A stretch of 64,000 nucleotides of DNA. Source: Camelus ferus. Taxonomy: Eukaryota. Shown piece by piece: positions 61,574 through 64,000 of the stretch (position 1 is its first letter; every line of letters begins with the position of its first letter). The DNA lies in the NCBI RefSeq assembly GCF_009834535.1, contig NC_045697.1, forward strand, positions 1,056,001-1,120,000. The letters are read 5' to 3'. The notes under the pieces were generated by a model. It worked only from the letters and a program-made list of their open reading frames with translations, did no database searches and was not told the origin of the DNA. The position numbers and the translations under genes are program-made.

Positions 61574-64000
61574 CTGGAAGACAGGTGGGGGGGGGGAGCC
61601 ACCCTGGCGTGTGGGCCTTCCACTCTCTGCCCCTGTCCCAACAAGGGGCATCACAGGGCCACGGCACAGGGGCAAGTGCGGGGGTCGGGGCTGGCCTGGC
61701 CTCCGAGGTCCTGGTGCAAGGTGCTCAGGAGGTGGCGGCTCGGCAGGGGGCGGAGAACCCGGCCTGGGGCCTGCTGGCTGGGGTTACCCACCGTCACCAG
61801 GCCAGCCTCCAGGGGGAGAACACAGGTTACAAGTGACTGGCAACTGGAGGCAGAGGGCCTATCCCGACCGGGGAACCTGCAGGCGATGTGGTGGGGTTGA
61901 GCATTTCCGAAAAAAGAGCCCCCCTCAGCCCACCACGGGGTGGGGGCCCTGATGGGGACTTGGGAGCAGGCTGACCATGGGGAACGCTGGGAGCACCCCC
62001 CACTTTGCACATTGGCTTAGGGGAAGGTGGTGGGAGGGGCGGTGCTCTCATAGAAGTTTACTTTTGAAGTCAAAGAAATACTTAATAAAATTTTGAAAGT
62101 ACATCAAATTTCAGAAGTGCAGAATGAAAAATGCCCTTAGTACCCCACCTACCAGAGCCCGCTACAGGTCCAACCATGGGGGCACGTGGGCACCCGGCCA
62201 GGACTGGACTTCGTCCCACAAAGTCGAGACCACACTGCGGGCGCTTGTCCTGCTCACAGGTCCTGGCCCACAGCCTGGGCACCCCGCAGCTGCCCTCCTG
62301 GCCGCTTCCTGCCCTGAGATACCCTACCCCCCAGCCAGTCCTGGCCCCGGGCTGAGGCCCATGGACTCCACCACAAGGCCGAGAGGTCAGCGCTCATTCT
62401 GGCTTCCTCAGCTGGGCGAGTCCCTGCTTGGCACCCTGGCCAGCCTCCATTGGTGGCCCCTCTCTAAGCCCCCTCAGGCCCCCCTTGCAGGAGCGTCTGT
62501 CCAACCTGTCTCAGGTGAGGAAGCGGGAGATGGGGGCGTGGACGCTGCAGTGGAAGGAGGCATGGGGGCAACAAAGTCACTGCTGAGGGGCAAGGGGCCC
62601 TGGGAGGGCTTAGGCTCAAGTGGGCAGATGCACCTGTGCGCCTGGGGCAGGGGTAGAGGAGGGGACACTCCAGTGATCGGCTCTGGAAGCTTGCTGTTGG
62701 CCACACAGAACTCAGCTTATCAGGGTCGGGCCAGCAGGGGCCAGACGTCCCCGCTCTCAGAAGGTGGGGTCTCGGTTGGCTTACATGCTTCATGCAGATG
62801 ACAACTGCTAGGGCTGTGACCCCAGCCCTGGTCCCAGCCCCGCCTTGGGGTGGAAGATGGGGGCTCGCCTTGTAGAGCAGGGAGGGGTGGTGGTGCAGGT
62901 GACCCGCAGGACGATTTCGAGGGCCTGCAGCCCACTGCGAAGGCTGCTAGGCATCCTTCAAGGGGTGGTCGCCGAGTGCGCTGCTCTTTGTGTGACCTGG
63001 TCTCTGTCTCCAGGACCCAGCTTTTGAGGGCAGGGGCCACGTCTGGTCCTTGTCATCTTGCTGCCTGTCCACGGCAGGCACGGTGCTAGCAGGGAGGGGC
63101 GGCGCACGGCAGGGCAGCGGAGGGGAGGGGAGCCCACTGGGCGGAGGCGGATTGTGCTGGCGCCCTCCAAAGATGTGCAGGGCTTTGCCACAAAGTGTGG
63201 GGGCTGCCCAACCCACTCTTCCTCTTTCTTTGTGGTTGGGTAGGGGGTGGATGAGGTTATGTTCCCAGCCACCGGAGGCGTATACCCTCCAACTTCCAGG
63301 AAGGCTCTTTAGAGGGCTGACTTGGTGGGGGTGGGGGTCAGCCACCCTTTCCATCGCCACCACTTTCTCCTTTTGCCTGCGAGGCATTTTGATCGCTGGC
63401 ATTGCCACCTCCATCACGGCACCAGGAGGAAACGGCCAGGGAGCCAGAAGGACCTCAGTCCTGCCGCCCTGAACCCCGAACCAAAGTCAGCCACTGGGGT
63501 CTCTGGACTCTCGCAACGGGGAAAGAGCCCACCCACCTCTTGGAGTCTGAGCTGCTGTGACCAGCCGGGCACATCCTCATGGGAATTAACCCACAGGCCA
63601 GGCTAGTTCCAGACCCTGAGCAGGCTGCTGGCCTCCCCTCCGCAGCCCCCTGAGGGGGGCCTGTATTGCACGTGCAGCCTCCGGGAAGTTAGGCCGGCAG
63701 CCTGGCACGTGCTTTCGTAAGTTAACTTCAAGGCCTCTGGTGGGGTCTCTGCCTCCCGAGGGGACTTCGTTTTCAAATGGGCAGAAATCTCAGACAGGCA
63801 CTTGTAACTTTTCCCAGATTTAGCAGAAACAGTCTTCACACTTCTCAAAATCACATTGTGAAATTCTGAGCTGCTGGTGTGGCAGCAACCTAAGAATAGG
63901 TCTGACTTCGTAGTCACTTACACTGCACTCTCACAGCTGACGGCGACATGACCATATTGCTAAGCGGAAACTGGGGCACAGGAAAGGAGGAGAAGCGGAG

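Noticed and set aside
63900..63960. Minus-strand GTAAGT donor near the window end as a possible further POLN exon
   Set aside because: The upstream sequence does not translate to the expected preceding POLN segment (GSAADLCK...); that exon probably lies beyond the window

Overview
Mammalian, GC-rich genomic DNA, most likely from a camelid (five tRNA-derived SINEs resemble the camelid Vic-1 family as I recall it). The gene order matches human 4p16.3. The window holds the complete coding sequence of NELFA (- strand, 11 coding exons, 532 aa), NICOL1/C4orf48 (+, 3 coding exons, 95-aa secreted protein), NAT8L (+, 3 exons, 302 aa, ~4.3-kb 3'UTR) and the last three coding exons of POLN (-). All coding-exon junctions were read by hand; they are GT-AG and keep frame. 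Three CpG islands mark the promoters. NELFA intron 1 and the NELFA-NICOL1 spacer are packed with L1, LTR, SINE and DNA-transposon relics. Almost all ORFs in the supplied track are GC-rich noise. I found no convincing new multi-gene system. The best leads are: an in-frame TAG in POLN 11 codons before a preserved ancestral C-terminus; a SINE+L1 unit enclosed by a single TSD pair; an unidentified 3'UTR retrocopy in NELFA intron 1; a NELFA upstream ATG whose frame depends on a G9 run; and a candidate antisense first exon at the NICOL1 island. Human comparisons and repeat-family names come from memory, not from a database search.
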